Below are positions 1 to 11,144 of a stretch of 64,000 nt of DNA, piece by piece (position 1 is the stretch's first letter; each line of letters begins with the position of its first letter). The stretch comes from Eledone cirrhosa (taxonomy: Eukaryota), in the NCBI GenBank assembly GCA_964016885.1, contig OZ024759.1, forward strand, positions 4,836,001 to 4,900,000. The letters run 5' to 3'. A program made the position numbers and the translations under genes. Below the pieces are notes generated by a model. That model saw only the letters and a program-made list of their open reading frames with translations. It was not told the DNA's origin and made no database searches.

Positions 1-600
1 ATGTAAGATATGTGAAATGTAAGAGATGTGAAATGTAAGAGATATGAAATGTAAGAGATGTGAAATGTAGGAGATGTGAAATGTAAGAGATGTGAAATGT
101 AGGAGATGTGAAATGTAAGAGATGTGAAATGTAGGATATGTGAACTGTAAGGATGTGAAATGTAAGATATGTGAAATGTAAGAGATGTGAAATGTAGGAG
201 ATGTGAAATGTAGGAGATGTGAAATGTAGGAGATGTGAAATGTAGGAGATGGAAATGTAAGGATGTGAAATGTAAGAGATGTGAAATGTAGGTGATGTGA
301 AATGTAGGAGATGTGAAATGTAGGAGATGTGAAATGTAAGGATGTGAAATGTAAGAGATGTGAAATGTAGATGTGAAATGTAAGAGATGTGAAATGTAGG
401 AGATGTGAAATGTAGATGTGAAATGTAAGGGATGTGAAATGTAGGAGATGTGAAATGTAGGAGATGTGAAATGTAAGGATGTGAAAGGTAAGAGATGTGA
501 AATGTAGGTGATGTGAAATGTAGGATATGTGAAATGTAAAGGTATGGATTGTATAATGTGAAATATAGATGTGAATTGTGTGAGATGTGAAATGTAGAGA
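1..600. repeat. ~16-bp minisatellite (GATGTGAAATGTAGGA)
   Basis: Direct tandem copies from the window start. Confidence 0.95.
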
Positions 601-659
601 ATGTACAAAAATAACAGTAAACATCAATAACAACAACAGCAACCATCATCAACAACAAT

Positions 660-874
660 AGTGGTGGTGGTGGTGGTGGTGGTGGTAATGGAGGTGGTGG
701 TGGTAGTGGTGGTGCTGGTAGTGGAGGTGGTGGTGGTAGTGGTGGTGGTGGCGGTGGTGGCAGTGGTGGTGGTAGTGGTAGTGGTGGTGGTGGTGGTAGT
801 GGTGGTGGTGGTGGTGGTGGTAGTGGTGGTAGTGGTGTGGTAGTGGTGGTGGTATTAGTGGTGGTGGTAGTGGT

Positions 875-905
<31 letters not shown>

Positions 906-2460
906 GTGGTGGTGGTGGTGGTAGTGGTGGTGGTAGTGGTGGTAGTGGTGGTGGTGGTGGTGGTAGTGGTGGTAGTGGTGGTGGTGGTGGTAGTTGAGGT
1001 GGTGGTGGTAGTTGAGGTGGTGGTGGTAGTAGAGGTGGTGGTGGTGGAGGTGGTGGTAGTGGAGGTGGTGGTGGTGGTGGTGGTGGTAGTGGTGGTGGTG
1101 GTGGTGTTGGTGGTAGTGGTAGTGGTGGTGGTGGTGGTGGTGGTGGTAGTGGTGGCGGTAGTGGTGGTGGTGGTGGTAGTGGTGGTGGAGGTGGTGGTAG
1201 TGGTGGTGGTGGTGATGGAGGTGGTGGTGGTGTTAGTGGTGGTAGTGGTAGTGGTGGTAGTGGTGGTGGTGGTGGTGGTGGTGGTAGTGATGGTGGTGGT
1301 AGTGGTTGTAGTAATGGCAGTGGTGGTAGTGGTGGTGGTAATGGCAGTCGTGGTAGTGATGGTGATGGTGGTGGTGGTAGTGGTGGTGGTGGTGGCGGTA
1401 GTGATGGTGGTGGTAGTGGTTGTAGTAATGGCAGTGGTGGTAGTGGAGGTGGTGGTGGTGGTAGTGGAGGTGGTGGTGATGGTGGTGGTGGTGGTGGTAG
1501 TGGTGGTGGTAGTGGTGGTGGTGGTGGTGGTGGTGGTAGTGGTGGTGGTGGTGGTGGTAGTGGTGGTAGTGGTGGTGGTGGTAGTGATGGTAGTGGTGGT
1601 GGTAGTGGTGGTAGTGGTGGTGGTGGTGGTGGTGGTGGTGGTAGTGGTGGTGGTGTTGGTAGTGGAGGTGGTGGTGGTAGTGGTGGTGGTGGTAGTAGAG
1701 GTGGTGGTGGTGGAGGTGGTGGTGGTGGTGGTGGTGGTTGAGGTGGTAGTGGTGGTGGTAGTGGTCGTGGTGGTGGTGGTGGTGGTAGTGGTAGTGGTAG
1801 TGGAGGTGGTGGTGGAGGTGGTGGTGGTGGTGGTGGTAGCGGTGGTGGTGGTAGTGGTGGAGGTAGTGGTGGTGGTGGTGGTAGTGGTGGAGGTGGTGGT
1901 GGTGATGGAGGTGGTGTTAGTGGTGGTAGTGGTGGTGGTGGTAGTGGTGGTAGTGGTGGTGGTGGTGGTGGTGGTGGTAGTGGTGGTGGTGGTGGTGGTA
2001 GTGGTGGTGGTGGTAGTGGTAGTGGTGGTGGTGGTAGTGGTGGTGGTGATGGTGGTGGTAGTGATGGTGGTGGTAGTGGTTGTAGTAATGGCAGTGGTGG
2101 TAGTGGTGGTGGTAATGGCAGTGGTGGTAGTTGAGGTGATGGTGATGGTGGTGGTGGTAGTGGTGGTGGTGGTCGATGTGGTGGTGGTGGTGGTGGCGGT
2201 AGTGATGGTGGTGGTAGTGGTTGTAGTAATGGCAGTGGTGGTAGTGGAGGTGGTGGTGATGGTGGTGGTGGTGGTGGTAGTGGTGGTGGTAGTGGTGGTG
2301 GTGGTGGTGGTAGTGGTGGTGGTAGTACAGAGTATGGTGGTGGTGGTGGTTGTTGAGGTGGTGGGGTTGTGGTGGTGGTTGCAGTGGGAGTTGTGGTGGT
2401 TGATAGTGATGTTGGGTAGTGGTTGCGGTTGTGGTTGTGGTAGTGGTGGTAGTAGTGATG
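660..2460. repeat. Imperfect (GGT/AGT)n trinucleotide tract, ~1.8 kb
   Basis: Direct reading; source of the poly-Val, poly-Pro and poly-His ORFs. Confidence 0.97.
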
Positions 2461-2512
2461 ATGATGATAATAACAATGATGATATTTATGATGATGATAG
2501 TACACCACTTAC

Positions 2513-2650
2513 CTGTCTGACAGTTGCCACCTTCATATCCAGGAGCACATCCTCCATTAGAGCAGCTACCAGTCTGTGGCTTACATTTACTCTTGTCAGC
2601 ACAATGACACATGTTTCGACAGTTTGGTCCAAATTTTCCTCTCTTACATC
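2513..2650 (-). CDS. Exon Q (138 nt), EGF-like repeat
   Basis: atttgtag / gtaagt; GCKRGKFGPNCRNMCHCADKSKCKPQTGSCSNGGCAPGYEGGNCQT. Confidence 0.9.
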
Positions 2651-2819
2651 CTACAAATCAATCAATAACAAATATATATTTTGGTGTGTATTTGTGTGGC
2701 CTTGTGGTAAGGGTGTTGGACTTACAATCATAATGTCGTGAGTTCTATTCCTCAACTAGGTTGTGTGTTGTGTTCTTGAGCAAAAGTATTTCCATTCATG
2801 TTGCTCCAGTATAATAATA

Positions 2820-3008
2820 ATTGTTTCTACTTTTGACACAAGGCCAGCAATTACCCAGTACATTACTGGTACTTTATTTTATCGACCCCGTAAGGATGAA
2901 AGGCAAAGTTAACCTTGGTGGGATTTGAACTCGGATCATAAAGGGACGTAACTCTATGCTTCAAAGCATGGCGTCCGACTCTCTACCAATACTGACAATC
3001 CACCGCTC
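2820..3008 (-). mobile_element. tRNA-derived SINE (family also at ~42846-43035, 44918-45298, 48252-48465, 50780-50960, 52860-53760)
   Basis: Box A/B-like head (GGCGGTGGATTGGCAG...GAGTTCAAATCC) and shared body CTTTCATCCTTACGGGGTCGATAAAATAAAGTACCAG. Confidence 0.8.
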
Positions 3009-3009
3009 C

Positions 3010-3215
3010 AGTATAATAATAATAATAGTGAAATTATTGTGTACAGTGCTCAGGTGCACTATAACTCATCAAAGGTGCATGTAAAGCACATAGAATAATG
3101 AACAAATGTCAGGAAAATGAACAGTGTATGAGTCATGATAAACATATGTACGTGTGTATGGAGGAGGGATATCAGGTGTAGTGTTGGCGAATTTCAGGAA
3201 GCTTGGAGATCAGTG
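3010..3215 (-). mobile_element. CR1-like LINE 3' end fragment
   Basis: Reverse complement matches the 3' UTR and tail at 9870-10050 (GAGTT.TAGTGCACCTGAGCA.TGTACACAATAATTTCA). Confidence 0.7.
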
Positions 3216-3574
3216 CCAGTAATAGCTGGTGATTTAACCTTGGGATGGACTGGTGCCCTGTCCAGGGGAAGTTTTGTATTTTAAGTCACTTCATGCCATA
3301 GATAGCACTGGCCTGATGACCCTCAGCACTCGAGACACACTTTAGACATTTTTTTGTTTTTGTATATTCAACAGCCCAGTCCTTCTAACTGTCGGTAGGT
3401 ATCACACTGAGCAGAGTCCACTGTATTCCCCACACCTGGACAGGATGCTAGTCCATTGCATGGTATTTCACTGCTATATTATTCTATCTACTCCAAAAGT
3501 ATGACAGAAAAAGTTGATTTTGGTGGGATTTGAATACCGTTTTAAAAAAGAACTCAAAATCACAACCCATTAAA

Positions 3575-3785
3575 ACCTTTAGAATTTAAACCGGCCACAA
3601 TTCTCTCACTTCTTTATGTTCAAACCAGCCATAACTGGCTGCTCATACTTATGTTAAGGTATTGTTCTCAAAATAAATAATATCAAAATCTCATAGATTT
3701 GATATTATGTGAGATAATTATATGAGATAAAGCCTTTACTGTGAAAATATAATAGTGTATATGAAGTAGTGTAAATGCTAAAGGG
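3575..3785. mobile_element. TTAA-MITE copy
   Basis: Same body as 50040-50260; right end TAAATGCTAAAGGG-TTAA. Confidence 0.7.
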
Positions 3786-4014
3786 TTAATCTGTAACTCT
3801 ACTGCCCCTGCTACTCACATCTTCCTCATGATGAACATTTAACATTCACTTCCCCTGTAACCAAGAGTGGGATGTGTCAACAGAGACCGACTCAGAACTT
3901 AATCGGAGCTACTGACCTCTCAGATGTTACTGGATACATTTCATCATGACTGAAGAGGACATTCATCCATTTGTCTGGTAGATTTTCTAAAGAAATAGAA
4001 CTACAAAAGAGCAC

Positions 4015-5830
4015 ACACGTGTCTGACAGGTGCTACCTTATAACCAGGACCACACCATCTACTGTAACACACCTGTCTGACAGATGATACCTTATAACCA
4101 GGACCACACCATCTACTGTAACACACCTGTCTGACAGGTGCTACCTTATAACCAGGACTACACTATCTACTGTAACACACTTGTCTGATAGATGATACCT
4201 TATAACCAGGACAACACCATCTACTGTAACACACCTGTCTGACAGGTGCTACCTTATAACCAGGATCACACCATCTACTGTAACACACCTGTCTGACAGC
4301 TGCTACCTTATAACCAGGACCACACCTTCTACTGTAACACACCTGTCTGATAGATGATACCTTATAACCAGGACCACACCATCTACTGTAACACACCTGT
4401 CTGACAGCTGCTACCTTATAACCAGGACTACACTATCTACTGTAACACACTTGTCTGATAGATGATACCTTATAACCAGGACCACACCATCTACTGTAAC
4501 ACACCTGTCTGACAGCTGCTACCTTATAACCAGGACCACACCATCTACTGTAACACAACTGTCTGACAGGTACTACCATATAACCAGGACCACACCATCT
4601 ACTGTAACACACCTGTCTGACAGCTGCTACCTTATAACCAGGACCACACCATCTACTGTAACACAACTGTCTGACAGGTGCTACCTTATAACCAGGACCA
4701 CACCATCTACTGTAACACACCTGTCTGACAGGTGCTACCTTATAACCAGGATCACACCATCTACTGTAACACACCTGTCTGACAGCTGCTACCATATAAC
4801 CAGGACCACACCATCTACTGTAACACACCTGTCTGACAGGTGCTACATTATAACCAGGACCACACCATCTACTGTAACACACGTGTCTGACAGGTGCTAC
4901 CTTATAACCAGGACCACACCATCTACTGTAACACACCTGTCTGACAGGTGCTACTTTATAACCAGGACCACACCATCTACTGTAACACACCTGTCTGACA
5001 GCTGCTACCTTATAACCAGGACCACACCATCTACTGTAACACACCTGTCTGACAGGTGCTACCTTATAACCAGGACTTCACCATCTACTGTAACACACCT
5101 GTCTGACAGGTGCTACCTTATAACCAGGACCACACCATCTACTGTAACACACCTGTCTGATAGATGATACCTTATAACCAGGATCACACCATCTACTGTA
5201 ACACACGTGTCTGACAGGTGCTACCTTATAACCAGGACCACACCATCTACTGTAACACACCTGTCTGACAGGTGCTACCTTATAACCAGGACCACACCAT
5301 CTACTGTAACACACCTGTCTGACAGGTGCTACCTTATAACCAGGACTTCACCATCTACTGTAACACACCTGTCTGACAGGTGCTACTTTATAACCAGGAC
5401 CACACCATCTACTGTAACACACCTGTCTGACAGCTGCTACCTTATAACCAGGACCACACCATCTACTGTAACACACCTGTCTGACAGGTGCTACCTTATA
5501 ACCAGGACTTCACCATCTACTGTAACATACCTGTCTGACAGGTGCTACCTTATAACCAGGACCACACCATCTACTGTAACACACCTGTCTGATAGATGAT
5601 ACCTTATAACCAGGATCACACCATCTACTGTAACACACGTGTCTGACAGCTGCTACCTTATAACCAGGACCACACCATCTACTGTAACACACCTGTCTGA
5701 CAGGTGCTACCTTATAACCAGGACTTCACCATCTACTGTAACACACTTGTCTGACAGGTGCTACCTTATAACCAGGCCACACCATGTACTGTAACACACC
5801 TGTCTGATAGATGATACCTTATAACCAGGA
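4015..5830. repeat. 54-bp minisatellite (~33 copies) derived from EGF exon 3' half
   Basis: Minus-strand unit AGGTGTGTTACAGTAGATGGTGTGGTCCTGGTTATAAGGTAGCACCTGTCAGAC aligns to exon ACAGGTGTGTGTTACAGTGGAGGGTGTACTGCTGGTTATGAAGGTAGCAACTGTCAGAC. Confidence 0.92.
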
Positions 5831-5918
5831 ACACACCTTCCACTGGAACACACACCTGTCTCTGTCTTACACCTACTATCATCTTGACTAAATATATTAA
5901 GTAGCAAACAAAGCTTAC

Positions 5919-6056
5919 CTGTCTGACAGTTGCTACCTTCATAACCAGCAGTACATCCTCCTCTAGAACACACACCTGTCTGTTTGTTACATTTACTGTT
6001 GTCAACACAGTGACATGTGTTGCCACAGTTGGCTCCAAATTTTCCATTTCTACAGA
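5919..6056 (-). CDS. Exon P (138 nt), EGF-like repeat
   Basis: ttccacag / gtaagc; [46 protein letters not shown]. Confidence 0.9.
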
Positions 6057-6309
6057 CTGTGGAAATAAAAATATGAGAACAATGACAATAACAACAACAT
6101 ATAACACTATACAAGATAATGCTTTCTGATTTAGGCACAAGGCCAGCAATTTTAGGGGAGGAGAAAATCAATTAAATCGACCCCAGTGTGTGACTGGTAC
6201 TTCATTTTATCAACCCTGTTGGGATGAAAGGGATAGCTACCACAATTCTATCATCTATATTATAGCGTTGTCATCTATACTATATCTATATCATCTGAAC
6301 TATATTTGT

Positions 6310-9300
6310 ATCATCTTAATTTCCATGTTTCTAACACCCATGGATATGCCTACAAAGTCAGAAAACAGCACAGCTCCCATGACTTTCGGAAACATTTTTT
6401 CAAGCTCCGAGTTGCTGAAGCATGGAACAAACTACCTGCATCAGTTGTTAGCTGTCGAGACACTACATCCTTTAAAACCTCCATGGAACAAACTACCTGC
6501 ATCAGTTGTTAGCTGTCGAGACACTACATCCTTTAAAACCTCCATGGAACAAACTACTTGGATCAGTTGTTCGCTGTCGAGACACTACATCCTTTAAAAC
6601 CTCCATGGAACAAACTACCTGCATCAGTTGTTAGCTGTCGAGACACTGCATCCTTTAAAACCTCCATGGAACAAACTACCTGCATCAGTTGTTAGCTGTC
6701 GAGACAGTACATCCTCTAAAACCTCCATGGAACAAACTACCTGCATCAGTTGTTAGCTGTCGAGACACATCCTTTAAAACCTCCATGGAACAAACTACCT
6801 GCATCAGTTGTTAGCTGTCTAGACACTACATCCTTTAAAACCTCCATGGAACAAACTACCTGCATCAGTTGTTAGCTGTCGAGACACTACATCCTTTAAA
6901 ACCTCCATGGAACAAACTACCTGCATCAGTTGTTAGCTGTCGAGACACTACATCCTTTAAAACCTCCATGGAACAAACTACCTGCATCAGTTGTTAGCTG
7001 TCGAGACACTACATCCTTTAAAACCTCCATGGAACAAACTACCTGCATCAGTTGTTAGCTGTCGAGACACTACATCCTTTAAAACCTCCATGGAACAAAC
7101 TACCTGCATCAGTTGTTAGCTGTCGAGACACTACATCCTTTAAAACCTCCATGGAACAAACTACTTGCATCAGTTGTTAGCTGTTGAGACACTACATCCT
7201 TTAAAACCTCCATGGAACAAACTACCTGCATCAGTTGTTAGCTGTCGAGACACATCCTTTAAAACCTCCATGGAACAAACTACTTGCATCAGTTGTTAGC
7301 TGTCGAGACACTACATCCTTTAAAACCTCCATGGAACAAACTACCTGCATTAGTTGTTAGCTGTCGAGACACTATATCCTTTAAAACCTCCATGGAACAA
7401 ACTACCTGCATCAGTTGTTAGCTGTCGAGACACTGCATCCTTTAAAACCTCCATGGAACAAACTACCTGCATCAGTTGTTAGCTGTCGAGACACATCCTT
7501 TAAAACCTCCATGGAACAAACTACTTGCATCAGTTGTTAGCTGTCGAGACACTACATCCTTTAAAACCTCCATGGAACAAACTACCTGCATTAGTTGTTA
7601 GCTGTCGAGACACTACATCCTTTAAAACCTCCATGGAAGAAACTACCTGCATCAGTTGTTAGCTGTCGAAATACTACATCCTTTAAAACCTCCATGGAAC
7701 AAACTACTTGGATCAGTTGTTCGCTGTCGAGACACTACATCCTTTAAAACCTCCATGGAACAAACTACCTGCATCAGTTGTTAGCTGTCGAGACACTGCA
7801 TCCTTTAAAACCTCCATGGAACAAACTACCTGCATCAGTTGTTAGCTGTCGAGACAGTACATCCTCTAAAACCTCCATGGAACAAACTACCTGCATCAGT
7901 TGTTAGCTGTCGAGACACATCCTTTAAAACCTCCATGGAACAAACTACCTGCATCAGTTGTTAGCTGTCGAGACACTACATCCTTTAAAACCTCCATGGA
8001 ACAAACTACCTGCATCAGTTGTTAGCTGTCGAGACACTACATCCTTTAAAACCTCCATGGAACAAACTACCTGCATCAGTTGTTAGCTGTCGAGACACTA
8101 CATCCTTTAAAACCTCCATGGAACAAACTACCTGCATCAGTTGTTAGCTGTCGAGACACTACATCCTTTAAAACCTCCATGGAACAAACTACTTGCATCA
8201 GTTGTTAGCTGTTGAGACACTACATCCTTTAAAACCTCCATGGAACAAACTACCTGCATCAGTTGTTAGCTGTCGAGACACATCCTTTAAAACCTCCATG
8301 GAACAAACTACTTGCATCAGTTGTTAGCTGTCGAGACACTACATCCTTTAAAACCTCCATGGAACAAACTACCTGCATTAGTTGTTAGCTGTCGAGACAC
8401 TACATCCTTTAAAACCTCCATGGAAGAAACTACCTGCATCAGTTGTTAGCTGTCGAAATACTACATCCTTTAAAACCTCCATGGAACAAACTACCTGCAT
8501 CAGTTGTTAGCTGTCGAGACACATCCTTTAAAACCTCCATGGAACAAACTACTTGCATCAGTTGTTAGCTGTCGAGACACTACATCCTTTAAAACCTCCA
8601 TGGAACAAACTACCTGCATTAGTTGTTAGCTGTCGAGACACTATATCCTTTAAAACCTCCATGGAACAAACTACCTGCATCAGTTGTTAGCTGTCGAGAC
8701 ACTGCATCCTTTAAAACCTCCATGGAACAAACTACCTGCATCAGTTGTTAGCTGTCGAGACACATCCTTTAAAACCTCCATGGAACAAACTACTTGCATC
8801 AGTTGTTAGCTGTCGAGACACTACATCCTTTAAAACCTCCATGGAACAAACTACCTGCATTAGTTGTTAGCTGTCGAGACACTACATCCTTTAAAACCTC
8901 CATGGAACAAACTACCTGCATCAGTTGTTAGCTGTCGAAATACTACATCCTTTAAAACCTCCATGGAACAAACTACCTGCATCAGTTGTTAGCTGTCGAG
9001 ACACTACATCCTTTAAAACCTCCATGGAACAAACTACCTGCATTAGTTGTTAGCTGTCGAGACACTACATCCTTTAAAACCTCCATGGAACAAACTACCT
9101 GCATCAGTTGTTAGCTGTCGAGACACTACATCCTTTAAAACCTCCATGGAACAAACTACCTGCATCAGTTGTTAGCTGTCGAGATACATCCTTTAAAACC
9201 TCCATGGAACAAACTACTTGCATCAGTTGTTAGCTGTTGAGACACTACATCCTTTAAAACCTCCATGGAACAAACTACCTGCATCAGTTGTTAGCTGTCG

Positions 9301-10052
9301 AGACACTACATCCTTTAAAACCTCCATGGAACAAACTACTTGCATCAGTTGTTAGCTGTTGAGACACTACATCCTTTAAAACCTCCATGGAACAAACTAC
9401 TTGCATCAGTTGTTAGCTGTCGAGACACTACATCCTTTAAAACCTCCATGGAACAAACTTCCTGCATCAGTTGTTAGCTGCCGAGACACTGCATCCTTTA
9501 AAACCTCCATGGAACAAACTCCCTGAATCAGTTGTTAGCTGTCGAGACACATCCTTTAAAACCTCCATGGAACAAACTCCCTGCATCAGTTGTTAGCTGT
9601 CGAGACACTACATCCTTTACAACCTCCATGGAACAAACTCCCTGCATCAGTTGTTAGCTGCCGAGACACTACATCCTTTACAACCTCCATGGAACAAACT
9701 ACCTGCATCAGTTGTTAGCTGTCGAGACACATCCTTTACAACCTCCATGGAACAAACTACCTGCATCAGTTGTTAGCTGTCGAGACACTACATCCTTTAC
9801 AACCTCCATGGAACAAACTCCCTGCATCAGTTGTTAGCTGTCGACATCCTTTAAAACCTCTATGCTTCCTGAGATTCGTCAACGCTGCACCTGATGTCCC
9901 CCCCTTCCATACACACGCACACATGTATTTCATGACTCATACACTGTTCCTTTTCTTGACATTTAAACATTATTCTATGTACTATACATGCACCTTTGAT
10001 GAGTTGTAGTGCACCTGAGCATTGTACACAATAATTTCATTATTATATTATT
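6310..10052 (+). mobile_element. CR1-like LINE 3' fragment containing an expanded 61-bp tandem array
   Basis: HGYAYKVRKQHSSHDFRKHFFKLRVAEAWNKLPASVVSCRDTTSFK resembles the CR1 ORF2 C-terminus (FF-RV--WN-LP--VV---SFK); 3' UTR and (ATT) tail resume after the array. Confidence 0.8.
6421..9860. repeat. 61-bp minisatellite (~56 copies)
   Basis: Unit CATGGAACAAACTACCTGCATCAGTTGTTAGCTGTCGAGACACTACATCCTTTAAAACCTC. Confidence 0.97.
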
Positions 10053-10221
10053 TTATACTCCAGTGGTATGACCTAAACTATATATAATCCATACTATATC
10101 TATACAATCTATATGATTTCCGTAACATCGATATTATGTCTATATACTTGCCGATTCTCTACACTCCATACCAATGTTATACTATATATTCATGTGGCTA
10201 TGATATCCCCTTTATATTGTA

Positions 10222-10557
10222 AGCACATAGCTTAGTAGTTAGAGCATTGGCCTTGCAATCGAAAGGTTGTGAGTTCAATTCTCAGACCGGGTGATGTGTT
10301 GTTTCCTTGAGCAGGACACTTTATTTCACATTGCTCCAGTTTACTCAGTTGTAGAAATGTGATGATAGGGACTGGAGTCCATTACATTCCACTGCAAAGT
10401 GGTCCTGGAGGTGCCACGGCAAAAAACACCCAATATTCACTGTAAATGAGGTTGGTGTTAGGAGGGGCATCCAGCTGTAGAAATCAAGCCAGAATCAGTT
10501 TCCGTCCCACCCTTGTAAGCAGGGAAAAGCAGACGTAAAATGATGATGATGATGATT
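10222..10557 (+). mobile_element. tRNA-SINE with RTE-like 3' tail (family also at 30287-30612 +, 31410-31727 -, 46455-46620 +)
   Basis: GGCTTAGTGGTTAGAGCATTGG...GTGAGTTCAATTCTC head; GCAGGGAAAAGCAGACGTAAAATGATGATG tail shared with RTE 3' ends. Confidence 0.8.
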
Positions 10558-10582
10558 GTAACTCCAAAACAGTTTAAATCTA

Positions 10583-10690
10583 CTTGTCTCACAGGTGTTA
10601 CCTTCATAACCAGCACTACACCCTCCACTAAAACACACACCTGTCTCTGTGTTACACCTAGCTGTGTGTTACACCTATTGTCATCTTGAC
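10583..10690 (-). pseudogene. 3' half-exon remnant carrying the same 17-nt insertion as exon K
   Basis: TGTAACACACAGCTAGG-TGTAACACAGAGACAGGTGTGTGT...GGTTATGAAGGTAACACCTGTGAGACA on the minus strand. Confidence 0.7.
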
Positions 10691-10733
10691 TCAATATATC
10701 ATGTTAGAAACAAAGCTATACTACACCACTTAC

Positions 10734-10871
10734 CTGTCTGACAGTTGCTACCTTCAGAACCAGCAGTACATCCTCCACTAGAACACACACCTGTCTGTTT
10801 GTTACACCTGTTATTATCAGCACAGTGGCATGTGTGTTTACAGTTAGCTCCAAATTTACCAATGTCACAGG
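10734..10871 (-). CDS. Exon O (138 nt), EGF-like repeat
   Basis: attacag / gtaagt; ACDIGKFGANCKHTCHCADNNRCNKQTGVCSSGGCTAGSEGSNCQT. Confidence 0.88.
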
Positions 10872-11144
10872 CTGTAATATGAAATGTAATGTAAACAGTT
10901 TGAACAATTTCAAGATATAATATTTACAATTATTAACCTTTTTGATATCAAAATACCTGACACCGATTAACTGTTTTACTCTATATATTTATCTAAAAAC
11001 TTCCCACTATAGTGTTATGTAAGAACTTTTGTTAGGTTATGTTCCATCCAAAATATTAGTGATGAAAATCTCAGTTATATAACTATAGCCCTTCAAATTC
11101 TTCATTATATAAAAATTTGTTTAAAATCGTATGCAATATATTTC

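Noticed and set aside
649-2741. Long poly-Pro, poly-Val and poly-His ORFs (extensin-like)
   Set aside because: All frames of a (GGT)n microsatellite lying in an intron just past the exon Q donor; no coding complexity.
6421-9860. CRISPR-like appearance of regular arrays (also 4015-5830, 14775-22390, 40560-42560)
   Set aside because: Head-to-tail units without unique spacers, no cas genes, eukaryotic context.
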